From positions 32,001 to 96,000 of the IMG/VR virus record IMGVR_UViG_3300044991_001618: a stretch of DNA of 64,000 nt. One strand, written 5' to 3'. The notes beneath the pieces are model-generated. The model was not told where the DNA came from. It saw nothing but the letters and a program-made list of their open reading frames with translations, and did not search any database. The stretch comes from a virus. A program made the translations under genes and the position numbers. This document shows, piece by piece, positions 28,315-38,565 of the stretch; position 1 is the first letter of the stretch, and every line of letters starts with the position of its first letter.

Positions 28315-29159
28315 ATTTTTGTGGTATATAGATTTATTAAAGTTTCACATCTTTTTTCATATGTATGCTTTTTTGACAACTCCAATCCAGATTTACCAAT
28401 AGACTCTCTTAATTTATCATTAGATAGTAATTGTTTTATTTTTAAAATCATTTCATTATTATCTTTATACATCATAACATTTACACCATCAATAAAACCC
28501 AATTCTTCATACTGGTAATTATAGTTAGTCACTAAGGGTATGCCACATCCTATGGTCTCAAAACTTCTATAATTAATATCATTTGATAAGTTACAATTCC
28601 AATGTATTTTGTAGGAATTTATTGCATTAACCATAGAGTCACCAATAACAAAATTATCAAATATAAAACTAAAATTACTTGATAATAAATCTATATAGTT
28701 GTTTCTATTAAGTAAGTTACCACAAAACCCAAGGTCACATTTTTTAGCAGCATTTCTTGGAGAGATTAATGTATCATCAAATGAGTTTGGAAACCAAATC
28801 TTATAATCTTTATTAACATAATCTTTAGTTGAGTGTAATAAAATGTCATAATTACCTCTATTATATTCTTTTATATACCCTTCTTCCCCTTTTACATGCG
28901 CATCAATACTCCATAAAAATTTTGTTGTTTTAACTTTAGATAAATTTGGAACCCATCCTGTCTCATTATAATTTTCTAAATTTATTATTAAATCATATGA
29001 TTCATAATCTATATTATCATTAAAATTATTGTGACCTAAACCCCAAACATCACATTCTTGATTTAACTTAATAAATGCTCTTTGTAAACAAAAACATTCT
29101 CTAAAATGTCTATTTTCATTATGTCTGCCATTCTCTTGTATTAAAAGTATTTTTAACAT
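28311..29159 (-). CDS. Glycosyltransferase (CgeB/Glyco_trans_1_2-like)
   Basis: NYRSFETIGCG, HTYEKR. Confidence 0.75.
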   Translation of the reverse strand: MLKILLIQENGRHNENRHFRECFCLQRAFIKLNQECDVWGLGHNNFNDNIDYESYDLIINLENYNETGWVPNLSKVKTTKFLWSIDAHVKGEEGYIKEYNRGNYDILLHSTKDYVNKDYKIWFPNSFDDTLISPRNAAKKCDLGFCGNLLNRNNYIDLLSSNFSFIFDNFVIGDSMVNAINSYKIHWNCNLSNDINYRSFETIGCGIPLVTNYNYQYEELGFIDGVNVMMYKDNNEMILKIKQLLSNDKLRESIGKSGLELSKKHTYEKRCETLINLYTTKI

Positions 29160-29160
29160 A

Positions 29161-29952
29161 TTAATAATTTGTTATAATTTTATTGATAACCCCATTTATT
29201 AAATTATTATTTAAGTGATTCCCTTCGGTTAATGGTTGGATATTATTTTTTTGAGTAAACAATTCAATATTGTCTTTATGTACAAAAATATGGTCAGAAG
29301 GATAATCATATTCTAAATAAAAAGGAATGTATCCAATATCTTTAAGTAATTTAAAAATATTGGAATCATCATATCCAAATTTGGTTAATTGAAAATTTTC
29401 TAACTCTACAATCAATGTTGGTTTATCTTTCTTTATTGTCTCAACCCCACCTTCTAACACAAATTTTTCATATCCCTGAACATCAATTTTAATAAAATCT
29501 ATTTTTGGTAAATCTAAACTATCAATTGTTTTTATATTAATTTCTTCACCACCAGCACCAACACTTAAATCACCAATATTAATCCAAGGAGAATTGTAAT
29601 TAATTTGATTCATTTTAGATACAATATTTTCATTACCTAATCCAAAATTATATACAATTATGTTTTTAATGTTGTTATCATTAATTGATAATGTTTGGAT
29701 ATCAAACATAATTTTTTGAGGTTCAAAACTATAAACTATATTACAATACTTAGAGGCAATTATTGAATGCCACCCATAATTACTTCCAACGTCTATAAAG
29801 GTTGAGTCACTATCTAAATTAGTTTTTAAAAATTCAATAATATGTTTTTCCCAAATTTTTCCGTTAATTATATCCCCACCAATACCATCATTTTTGAAAG
29901 TATATATTTCAAACCAATCTACTTTAGTTTTAATTATATTATCTATTATCAT
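29161..29952 (-). CDS. FkbM-family methyltransferase
   Basis: FIDVGSNYG, SFEPQ, IKIDVQGYE. Confidence 0.88.
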   Translation of the reverse strand: MIIDNIIKTKVDWFEIYTFKNDGIGGDIINGKIWEKHIIEFLKTNLDSDSTFIDVGSNYGWHSIIASKYCNIVYSFEPQKIMFDIQTLSINDNNIKNIIVYNFGLGNENIVSKMNQINYNSPWINIGDLSVGAGGEEINIKTIDSLDLPKIDFIKIDVQGYEKFVLEGGVETIKKDKPTLIVELENFQLTKFGYDDSNIFKLLKDIGYIPFYLEYDYPSDHIFVHKDNIELFTQKNNIQPLTEGNHLNNNLINGVINKIITNY

Positions 29953-30994
29953 ATAATTTTTGATATAAAGTTTCCCATTCTAATGTTATTTTTTTTTCTT
30001 CAAAATCTATTGCCCTGTTTTTTGCATTATAGGACATTGTTTTATATAATTCTTTGTCATTACAAAGGTTTGTAATAGATTCTACATATTCGTTTTCATT
30101 TTTACATACAAATCCACCATCTTTTATAATTTCATCTTGAGCATTATATCCAGCAAAATGAGAAATAATTGGTTTACCATAAATCATAGATTGTGCTATT
30201 GCAGTTCCAAATGTTTCTCCATCACTTCTATAGTGTAAAAACATATCAATAGTATTATGGAATTTATGTATTAATTCATCATCATTTGTTGGGTCAATAA
30301 TTATACAATTATTATTTAATTCTAAACTATTAATTAAATTTATAGTTTGACAACATGCGCCAATTATAATGTATTTAAATTTATAACCATTATCTTTTAT
30401 TTTTTTTAATGAATTTAAAGCTATTGGATGAAAATTATCTTTTCTACCCGTTCTACCAAATACAAAATAATCTTTAGGGATATTATATTCTAATTTTAAA
30501 TTATCCTTTGAATTTAACGGAAAAGGAATTGGGTTGTAAATCATATAATCAGAACCATTTCTAATCTCTGTTACCTTATTACTAATTGTTACAGAACAAT
30601 CTAAAAATTCAGAAAAATCCTTACCACCAAATATATTTGTTTCAATTTGAATTGGGCAAATTCTTTGATTAAACGGCCATTCAAAATATCCACTTCTTGC
30701 AAAATGAATTATGTCAAAATTATATGATTTAACTATTTTGGTAAAATTATTTTCTCTATAAGGATAACCCATATCCGGGCCTAATTTATCTGTTGACGCC
30801 TCAAAAGGTATTAGTTGAGAATTGTTTAGTTTTGTTTTTAAAAAATTTAACCGATTATTGTCTTGGTTAGGATTATAACAAACGTATACATCAAATAAAT
30901 CAAGGTTTAAATTTAATAATATTCTTTCATGTGACCTCCAAGTACCCCCATAGTCTATGGTATGTGAGTAAAATAAAATTTTAATTTTATTCAT
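29939..30994 (-). CDS. GT4-family glycosyltransferase
   Basis: GETFGTAIAQSMIYGKPIIS. Confidence 0.8.
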   Translation of the reverse strand: MNKIKILFYSHTIDYGGTWRSHERILLNLNLDLFDVYVCYNPNQDNNRLNFLKTKLNNSQLIPFEASTDKLGPDMGYPYRENNFTKIVKSYNFDIIHFARSGYFEWPFNQRICPIQIETNIFGGKDFSEFLDCSVTISNKVTEIRNGSDYMIYNPIPFPLNSKDNLKLEYNIPKDYFVFGRTGRKDNFHPIALNSLKKIKDNGYKFKYIIIGACCQTINLINSLELNNNCIIIDPTNDDELIHKFHNTIDMFLHYRSDGETFGTAIAQSMIYGKPIISHFAGYNAQDEIIKDGGFVCKNENEYVESITNLCNDKELYKTMSYNAKNRAIDFEEKKITLEWETLYQKLYDNR

Positions 30995-30995
30995 A

Positions 30996-31646
30996 TTATC
31001 TAATAATACTAGTATTTAATCTATAAATATATAATCTTTCAGGTATTTGATAAAACTTATACCCATTATTAATGGCTCTTTGCCATAAATCCCAATCCTC
31101 CATACCTTTAATATCTCTATATCCACCTAATTCTAATAATGCATTTTTTCTAACTAACATAGAACCATGAGTTAATACATTCTCACTAAAAATTTTATTA
31201 AAAATATCTAAATGAGTTATATTGTCATTAACATCAAAACAACTTGGCAATAAATTATCATCATTTATTCCAGTAATATTCCAAGCATGTGTTCCTAAAA
31301 AATCAATTTCATTATTTTCTATGTAGTGAAGTTGCTTTTCAAGTTTGTCTGGTAAATATAAATCATCGCCATCCAAAAATCCAACCCATTCAGTTTCAAC
31401 ATGCTTTAAACCAAATTCTTTAGCATATGATAATCCTTGTTTTTTATCTTTTTTTAATATGGTTAAATCTAAATTGTAATTTGCTAATTCAATCATTTTT
31501 TGAGTATAATCCCAACATTCATCTAAAACAATAATAGTTTTAAAATTTTTATAAGTTTGATTAACCAATGAATTTATTGATTTATTCAATAACATATCAT
31601 AAAATTCATTTATACTATGCACACAAATTAAAATTGTTAATTTCAT
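30996..31646 (-). CDS. GT2-family glycosyltransferase
   Basis: SLVNQTY, FLDGDD, LGGY, EDWDLW. Confidence 0.88.
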   Translation of the reverse strand: MKLTILICVHSINEFYDMLLNKSINSLVNQTYKNFKTIIVLDECWDYTQKMIELANYNLDLTILKKDKKQGLSYAKEFGLKHVETEWVGFLDGDDLYLPDKLEKQLHYIENNEIDFLGTHAWNITGINDDNLLPSCFDVNDNITHLDIFNKIFSENVLTHGSMLVRKNALLELGGYRDIKGMEDWDLWQRAINNGYKFYQIPERLYIYRLNTSIIR

Positions 31647-31652
31647 AATTCT

Positions 31653-32306
31653 TTAATAAATTTCTAAATAAAATTTAGGATGTCTATTTTCATTCTCATC
31701 AAAAACATCGCCAACAAATTCATTATTCATTCTATTATTAGGAAATTTAACTGTATTTTTTTCTAAAGTAAAATATGAATCATGAACAAAAGAATTTTCT
31801 TTAACTTTATTGTAAATAATATCTTTTAGGAAATTTTGGTCAATTTGCCAAAAATCACCCTTAACATATTCATTAATTAAATTTTTAATATTTTTTAATA
31901 TTTTATTTCTGCATCCCCACATACCACCCATTATTAGTGCGTTGTGGTAAGGGTGATCTCTCATAATATGGAAATCTTTATTGGATTTTAGCCATTCATC
32001 TACTGCTAATTTCTCTCTAATTGATACTCTGCTATCAGTATCTCTTGATATCATTATATCTGAGTCTTCACAAGCATAAAATCTCCAAAACATACTAGTC
32101 CAATCACCTTCATCTAGCATTTTAACAATTTCAACATTATCAAATGTTGATAATTTTTCAACAATATCTTCTGGCACTGATTTCCCACAATAAAACCTAC
32201 AGACCCAATCTGGGTAAATTGTTTTTGACAATTCAGCATTTTTAATTGCACCTAAAGTATATTTTGGATTGTCTCCCCAAAGACTAAAAGATATTACTTT
32301 ATTCAT
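31653..32306 (-). CDS. Conserved glycan-locus protein, putative GT-A (paralog of 48202-48870)
   Basis: ISFSLWGDNPKY, MFWRF, SRDTDSR, MRDHPYH, GGMWG, DQ. Confidence 0.6.
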   Translation of the reverse strand: MNKVISFSLWGDNPKYTLGAIKNAELSKTIYPDWVCRFYCGKSVPEDIVEKLSTFDNVEIVKMLDEGDWTSMFWRFYACEDSDIMISRDTDSRVSIREKLAVDEWLKSNKDFHIMRDHPYHNALIMGGMWGCRNKILKNIKNLINEYVKGDFWQIDQNFLKDIIYNKVKENSFVHDSYFTLEKNTVKFPNNRMNNEFVGDVFDENENRHPKFYLEIY

Positions 32307-32968
32307 AATTCAAAATTAATTTTTTTTCTGTTATTGTAAAGATTTGTATCATAATTTAAATCTTGATAATTTTTTTTATGAATTTCATCTTGTTTTCCAA
32401 ATCCCCAATCTGGGTGTTCATGTTTTATGATGACATCATCAAAATATGTTTGCTTACCTAATAAATTTGCAACACTCATAAATTCATTATCACACCATGT
32501 TGATTTATATCCAGGATAATAAATGTAATTAAATTTTTCATAATATCTTTTGCCCAAAATACAAATTGTATTTAATTCACTCTTTTTAAACCCATCATTA
32601 AACCACAGAACCCCATCTGTATTAGGATATATATCTTTCATTTTATTAATGATAATTTCATCATATCCTTTAATTTGGGGAATCATATCATCTGATGCTA
32701 AAAGCAAAATATCCCAATCTTTTGCATAGTCCATATCTCTATTAACTGCATGTACTTTTGAAGAACTTTGACCAACCACAACCTTGCAATTTTTAAAAGT
32801 TGATAAAATTTCCAAACAATCAGAATTGTTCATTTCGATATCATCCTCATCAATTGTTATTAAAAACAACATATTATCCAAATTATTTGCAAGAGTTTGG
32901 TATATTTTTAAAACATTAAAAAATTTAATTTTTCTATTCCTTGTTGGAAATTTTACCAATATCTTCAT
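32303..32968 (-). CDS. GT2-like glycosyltransferase (paralog of 47553-48212)
   Basis: KFPTRNR, LASDDM, WCDNEF. Confidence 0.7.
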   Translation of the reverse strand: MKILVKFPTRNRKIKFFNVLKIYQTLANNLDNMLFLITIDEDDIEMNNSDCLEILSTFKNCKVVVGQSSSKVHAVNRDMDYAKDWDILLLASDDMIPQIKGYDEIIINKMKDIYPNTDGVLWFNDGFKKSELNTICILGKRYYEKFNYIYYPGYKSTWCDNEFMSVANLLGKQTYFDDVIIKHEHPDWGFGKQDEIHKKNYQDLNYDTNLYNNRKKINFEL

Positions 32969-34602
32969 TATATTATTTTAATATATTCATCCTTTATTTG
33001 TTTTGCAACTGTTGAACCAAAATATTTGTCCTCCAACTCCTCTTGATTTGGGGGTAAGTGAAATTCTTTACTCAAAATATCTCCAATATCATTAACTTCA
33101 TAAATCCAACCACCTTTTCCACACATCCAGCCTTCAATTGTTGTTCTACCTAACATTATACCAGCAGTTTCAACACATTTTTTTGTATATTTTTCAATGT
33201 TCCAAGTTGATTTAAAATGTTTAACATGAGAATCATTTAATAATTCAGATAAGTAATTTGATGAACTATCTCCAACCAACCAAAGTTCAAGATTTTTTTC
33301 TTTGGTATAAATAACTAAGTCTCTTATTGTTTTCTCTCTTAAATAATCAATTGTTCCAACAAATAAAACATAATTATCATTTGATGATTTATTTAAATTA
33401 AATCTATTCTCATCAATTGGGTTATATATAACTGAAATATCTTCCAATGGAATCCTAAAATCATTTTCAATATAATCTGCTATACTAGGTCTAATTGCTA
33501 CATATTTTTTTATGGATGGATGTAATATTGGTTCTTCTACAGAAATAACCTCTGAGTGGATGGTATATAGTTTTGGGATACCCGGATATAATTGACATAT
33601 TTTTTCAGCAATTGGTTTATGCTGAATATGAATCACATCATAATTAACTGGTGCAACAGAATATAGCATATTCTCTTCACTAACTTTAAAACCCTCCTCA
33701 GTATTGACACCCCACTTACCATCACCCAATTTAAAACCTGGGGGTTCATTTATGTGAAAAACATTAATTCCAAGATTTGCTGCCATCTTTGTTAATGACC
33801 CCCCTATATCTGAAACAACAGTAACATTGCAATTTTGATTTAATAAGTTTCTAGCTAACTCATATACGTATAATTCAGATCCTGTGAAGTTTTTAAAATA
33901 TAAGCAAGATATTAAAACATTTAATTTTCTTTTCCCATTATGGGGTAATTTAACTGGCAAGTTATCTGCATACTTTTCAGCAAATTTAATTTTATTTTCT
34001 TCCCATTTCTCATTTGTTTGTCCAATTGATAAGTGAGTTATTTTTATATTATATAAAACGCCAATATTAACCCCTTGCATATAGTTTTCAAAACAAAATG
34101 ATATATCATAGAAATGAAATCCATCAAAATCTTCAATAAAATTGCTCTTAATTCTATCTTTATGAATTGCCATAAACAAGCCATCAACAATTACCACCTT
34201 TTCTGCCTCATTACCTAATGAGGTTGAATACTTGGATTCCCATTGTTTACCCTCATGCTTATGGTTAACAATACCAAGCATCTTATTTCTTTCTTCCCAC
34301 CACATACCAGATGATGGCATACTAGTTGTGCCAGCAATACCCAATATGCCAAAATTGGTTTTATCAAAGTGCTTAATTAATTTATTCCCCCAACCTTTAT
34401 CTTCAAAAATGATGTCATCATGACAAAGAACAACAATGTTGTTCTTTGCCTTATTTAGTATTTCATTATAAACTTTTGCCAATGATTTTTCACCATTGTT
34501 AATTACCTCAATAATTTCCACATTTTTTGGGCCAACTGTTTTCTTAACTTGCTCAATAAATGCTGGATTGCTCTTTCTTGTTGAAAATCCTATTGTTATC
34601 AT
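32968..34602 (-). CDS. Two-domain glycosyltransferase (GT-A/StrF-like + GT-B)
   Basis: SLAKVYN...CHDD...VDGLFMA...FHFYD, then GSELYVYELA...GRTTIEG; likely start 34602. Confidence 0.75.
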   Translation of the reverse strand: MITIGFSTRKSNPAFIEQVKKTVGPKNVEIIEVINNGEKSLAKVYNEILNKAKNNIVVLCHDDIIFEDKGWGNKLIKHFDKTNFGILGIAGTTSMPSSGMWWEERNKMLGIVNHKHEGKQWESKYSTSLGNEAEKVVIVDGLFMAIHKDRIKSNFIEDFDGFHFYDISFCFENYMQGVNIGVLYNIKITHLSIGQTNEKWEENKIKFAEKYADNLPVKLPHNGKRKLNVLISCLYFKNFTGSELYVYELARNLLNQNCNVTVVSDIGGSLTKMAANLGINVFHINEPPGFKLGDGKWGVNTEEGFKVSEENMLYSVAPVNYDVIHIQHKPIAEKICQLYPGIPKLYTIHSEVISVEEPILHPSIKKYVAIRPSIADYIENDFRIPLEDISVIYNPIDENRFNLNKSSNDNYVLFVGTIDYLREKTIRDLVIYTKEKNLELWLVGDSSSNYLSELLNDSHVKHFKSTWNIEKYTKKCVETAGIMLGRTTIEGWMCGKGGWIYEVNDIGDILSKEFHLPPNQEELEDKYFGSTVAKQIKDEYIKII

Positions 34603-34633
34603 ATTGTTATTATTTTTTATTTCATTGAAAAAA

Positions 34634-36301
34634 CTAGCAATTATCAATGTAAACCATCACTTCATTATTGTAAGGAATGAATGTATTGTTTAAATCGTGG
34701 ACAATTTTACCATTAATCTTAATTTTCCATTTTTTATAGTGTTTTTTATTACAAGATGTCCACATACCTGTTTTAATTTCTGAAGAATAAATAACATTGT
34801 CATTCTCGTCCAAAAATTCAACATAGTAATTTTTTAACGTATTGCCCTTAATCTCTAATTGTGGAGTATCCAAAAAAGAAATGTGGATTTCATTTTTTTT
34901 CTTATTTTGATATTTTTCATTTAAGAATTCTTTTTTGGTTGCTAAAAACCAATTCCAAGGATTATTTATTTTTTGTAAAGAAAAATTTTTTGATTCTAAA
35001 ACACTTAAAGATTTTTCTGTTTTTGATTTCCATTCTGGAATCATCCAATCATGGAAACTTATAGCTATTTGGTCAATATTTTCAAAATCTTGATTATCAA
35101 AACTATCTAATAAATCATATTCTGCACCTTCAATATTGATTTTCAATAATGAAATTTTGTTTATTGAGAATTCTTTACAAAAATTTTTCCATGTTTTAAC
35201 TTTTACCTCTTCCCCATCCTCTGAGTTAATCATAGATGTGTTTATACCTTTGTTTTTCATTTTTATGATGCCATCTTCTTTACCAATTACTCCTTTGAAA
35301 AGCTCTGTGTGTCTAATTTGATTTTCAAAGGGGTCGACACCAATTACTCTTTTCTTCCCAATAAAAAAATTACTCCAATCCCAATTCAAACAACCTATAT
35401 CCACTACATCCCCATTATGAATTAAACATCTGTCATTTACTGTACTATAATCTTGACCTGGAATAGTTTGGATTAAATTTTGTCTACATGTGATCATATC
35501 CGCAACATAATTAATTTCTTTTTCATGTAAATCAAAAGGTCTTACACAATGACAATCTAAGTAAAATCCTTCTTTTAGCAGTTTTTCATCATAACTACCA
35601 TCACGTGCGTTAAGTGATTTCATTTGGTTGTCAACATAGTCTATTGGAAAATGCCACTTTTCAATTCTGTCTTTAAGAAAAAATCCTTCCTCATAACCGC
35701 GTCTTAATTTATGTACCTGAAACCTATCCGAGAATTCTTCAATTTTTTTGGTTAAATATATTTCGTCACCATACCACTTTAATATTTTTTTGTATTTAAA
35801 TTTACTTAACCGATCAAAAAAATCTGAGAAACTGCCTTCCAAATTAAAAATTTCTTCAAATATTTTACCCTTTGCTGCGTTATAACACATTGCAAAAATA
35901 TTAGAATCAAACCATCCTTTAGAATCATTCCTTTCTAAATCATACGCATCACTAGAATATACCACAATGCTGTCCTCATCAAAATCTTTTATTGTGTTTT
36001 GAAAATAGTCATAACTAAACAACATCATATCAATGTCAGAAATTAGACAAACTTCATCTGGAAAAAACTTAGTTCCATATAGTCTATAGAATATAGCTTG
36101 AATACTTATTTGAATTTGTGGCAGGGCTTTGACTTCCTTAACCAATCCGTTTCCATCAAAATAAAAATCAGTTTCTTTTTCTCCTATTTTAAATAATACT
36201 GGAGTTGCTCCTAATTGCTTTTTACAAACCTTGGCAACCACAGGCCAATAGTCTTGGTAATATGAATCATCACACGACATTATTAGTTTTGCAACTTTCA
36301 T
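34634..36301 (-). CDS. Multidomain protein: GT-A-like + FkbM-like methyltransferase + C-terminal small domain
   Basis: ISDIDM; VVDIGC...GVDP...LLKINIEGAEY...ISFH; C-terminal EIKG...YYVEFLD...WKIKI. Confidence 0.65.
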   Translation of the reverse strand: MKVAKLIMSCDDSYYQDYWPVVAKVCKKQLGATPVLFKIGEKETDFYFDGNGLVKEVKALPQIQISIQAIFYRLYGTKFFPDEVCLISDIDMMLFSYDYFQNTIKDFDEDSIVVYSSDAYDLERNDSKGWFDSNIFAMCYNAAKGKIFEEIFNLEGSFSDFFDRLSKFKYKKILKWYGDEIYLTKKIEEFSDRFQVHKLRRGYEEGFFLKDRIEKWHFPIDYVDNQMKSLNARDGSYDEKLLKEGFYLDCHCVRPFDLHEKEINYVADMITCRQNLIQTIPGQDYSTVNDRCLIHNGDVVDIGCLNWDWSNFFIGKKRVIGVDPFENQIRHTELFKGVIGKEDGIIKMKNKGINTSMINSEDGEEVKVKTWKNFCKEFSINKISLLKINIEGAEYDLLDSFDNQDFENIDQIAISFHDWMIPEWKSKTEKSLSVLESKNFSLQKINNPWNWFLATKKEFLNEKYQNKKKNEIHISFLDTPQLEIKGNTLKNYYVEFLDENDNVIYSSEIKTGMWTSCNKKHYKKWKIKINGKIVHDLNNTFIPYNNEVMVYIDNC

Positions 36302-36321
36302 ACTTTTTTAATGTTTTAAAA

Positions 36322-36966
36322 TTATTTTTTATAAATTTCATAAGTAGATAAATCAGGATATGGTAATTCCAAATCCTCATTATGTTTTTTTGTTCCATTC
36401 AAGTTATAAAATTGACTCATCATCAATAATCCTCTTGCTGCAAGTTCTGGCATCATATAAAAATTCCAACCTAACATATCAAAATAATCATCATGATAAG
36501 AACATTCTCTTCTACCACTAAACCTTGCTCTTTTGAACCACATAGCAGCATGCAGATTGTCTGTTAAAATTGCACCGCCTTTACTCAATTTCAATGTTTT
36601 GTATGGTCCTGTGAATGATACACACATGTGAGTTTCTGGTATATACATATTTGCAGTAAATCTTAGGGCAGAATCTATCACATTTGTTGGGTTTAACCTA
36701 TATGAGCCTTTAGTTGTGTTACCCTCTACAGGTGTAAAATTAACTTTTAACCCTGCATGAATTATTTCACAAGGAACTGAAGGATATGTCCTTGAAGGGC
36801 AATCTACATAATCAGTGGCCAATGATTTTTTAATGTTTTTTTCATAATACAATGAAAGAAAAAGAGCATTACTCATATTGTCTAAAGCAATTGCATAAGG
36901 TGCTCCAGTATAATCGCATATACTTTTCTCAAAGTCTTCAGTTATTTTATAAACTCCTTGCGCCAT
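36322..36966 (-). CDS. Short DegT-family aminotransferase-like protein (second paralog)
   Basis: FEKSICDYTGAPYAIA, TYPSV, IDSA, SFTGPYKTL...GGAILTD; 214 aa. Confidence 0.8.
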   Translation of the reverse strand: MAQGVYKITEDFEKSICDYTGAPYAIALDNMSNALFLSLYYEKNIKKSLATDYVDCPSRTYPSVPCEIIHAGLKVNFTPVEGNTTKGSYRLNPTNVIDSALRFTANMYIPETHMCVSFTGPYKTLKLSKGGAILTDNLHAAMWFKRARFSGRRECSYHDDYFDMLGWNFYMMPELAARGLLMMSQFYNLNGTKKHNEDLELPYPDLSTYEIYKK

Positions 36967-37552
36967 TTTTAATTATTTTTACAGGAACTCCAACATAAGT
37001 TCCAGGTTTATTTATATCTTTCACTACACAACCATTTGAACCAATTACAACTTCTTCACAAATATTAATCTTCTGTTTTACACTAGAATTAGTCCCCAAA
37101 TAAACAACATCTCCAATATTACAATTTCCTGAAACTCTTGCACCAGGAGCAGTTGTAAAATAATCTCCAATTTTACAATCATGACCTATTGATGTATGTA
37201 TGTTTAAATGAGTGTGTTTACCAAAATTACAATTAGTTGTAATAATCACACCTGAACAAACAATACTACCTTCGCCAAATTCAATGTTTTTATTTAAAAT
37301 TTGTGCTGAAGGACTAATATATTTTGTATATATAGTCTCCTTTGGTAATTTTTCAACTAAACTTTTTCTTAATTTACTATCACCTATTGCAACTAAAACA
37401 ATATATTTTTTTGGATCAAATTTGGATAAAGGATAAATATTATCATTATTTTCATTAAAGAAAGTATCTTCAACAAAACATTTTATATTATTTTTCATTT
37501 CAGCTCTAATCTCATTAGCACACCCACCAGCCCCTATCAAAACTAACTCCAT
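36947..37552 (-). CDS. NeuD/PglD/PerB-like sugar N/O-acetyltransferase
   Basis: IGAGG, VAIGD..LR, IGHDC, hexapeptide repeats, VGVP. Confidence 0.88.
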   Translation of the reverse strand: MELVLIGAGGCANEIRAEMKNNIKCFVEDTFFNENNDNIYPLSKFDPKKYIVLVAIGDSKLRKSLVEKLPKETIYTKYISPSAQILNKNIEFGEGSIVCSGVIITTNCNFGKHTHLNIHTSIGHDCKIGDYFTTAPGARVSGNCNIGDVVYLGTNSSVKQKINICEEVVIGSNGCVVKDINKPGTYVGVPVKIIKNGARSL

Positions 37553-37558
37553 AATTTA

Positions 37559-38167
37559 TTATAATTGTATTCCTGTTGATCCAAAACCATTATCCCCCCT
37601 ATCTGTTTGGGGTAATTCATCAATATTTTCTATATTAACATATTTGCCTTGTATTACTGGACACAATACTGCTTGTGCAATCTTTGTTCCTTTCTTAATA
37701 TGAAACTCTTCTCTTGATGTGTTAAACAAAATTACCTTAACTTCCCCAACATAACCCCCATCAATAGTAGATGGTGTGTTCAATACAGTAACCCCATAAT
37801 TGATTGCTAATCCACTTTTTGGTCTAATCTGTATTTCATGTTCATCTGGTATATTAAAGGCCAACCCCGTGTTTACCATTAGCCTAGATAGGGGTTTTAA
37901 TACAACTTCTTCTACTGAACAGAGGTCAAATCCAGAATCTTTTTCATAATTATAAAATGGTTCAATTGCATCTGGATGTACTTTTTTATATCCAAGGTTT
38001 TTTACCTTCATTGCAGTTTCAAATAATGTACCATATTCTTCTGGTGAAATGCCAAACATTTCCAAAAGTCCATTAATATCATCATCATCACCTTGTTCAT
38101 TCATAAGATTTTGCAATCTTTCAATTTCTTCTTGCGATAAATCATCAAAATCATTTCCTAAACTCAT
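37559..38167 (-). CDS. dut: Trimeric dUTPase with acidic N-terminal extension
   Basis: SGFDL, RPKSGLA, TIDGGYVGE, KIAQ, RGDNGFGSTG. Confidence 0.92.
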   Translation of the reverse strand: MSLGNDFDDLSQEEIERLQNLMNEQGDDDDINGLLEMFGISPEEYGTLFETAMKVKNLGYKKVHPDAIEPFYNYEKDSGFDLCSVEEVVLKPLSRLMVNTGLAFNIPDEHEIQIRPKSGLAINYGVTVLNTPSTIDGGYVGEVKVILFNTSREEFHIKKGTKIAQAVLCPVIQGKYVNIENIDELPQTDRGDNGFGSTGIQL

Positions 38168-38172
38168 TTTTT

Positions 38173-38562
38173 TTAGTTTTTATTGTTATTTAATATTTTA
38201 GTTGTACTAATATTAGGTGTTTTTTCAAAGAAAACAACCTCTTTAACAAATTCTTGACCAATTATTTCTTTCCCCTTATAATCATCTCCAATAATCATTA
38301 TATCTGGTTGATAGTAAGCCAAAATTGATTTTAATTCAGTATCAGAATCAAAAGAAGTTACTTCATCAACATATTTTAAAGAGGACATTACTTTAAATCT
38401 TGCATCCAAAGAATTAAAGGGTCTATCATTACCCTTTAATTCTTTAACTCTCATATCACTATCTAACCCAACAAATACATAACCAAAACTTTTTGCATAT
38501 TCTAACAAATGAATATGCCCAATATGTAAAACGTCAAAACAACCATTTACCCAGACCTTCAT
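38173..38562 (-). CDS. Nucleotidyltransferase, RfaE domain II-like (heptose-1-P adenylyltransferase/cytidylyltransferase)
   Basis: NGCFDVLHIGH, LKGNDRP, VDEV, GDDY, STT. Confidence 0.85.
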   Translation of the reverse strand: MKVWVNGCFDVLHIGHIHLLEYAKSFGYVFVGLDSDMRVKELKGNDRPFNSLDARFKVMSSLKYVDEVTSFDSDTELKSILAYYQPDIMIIGDDYKGKEIIGQEFVKEVVFFEKTPNISTTKILNNNKN

Positions 38563-38565
38563 ACC

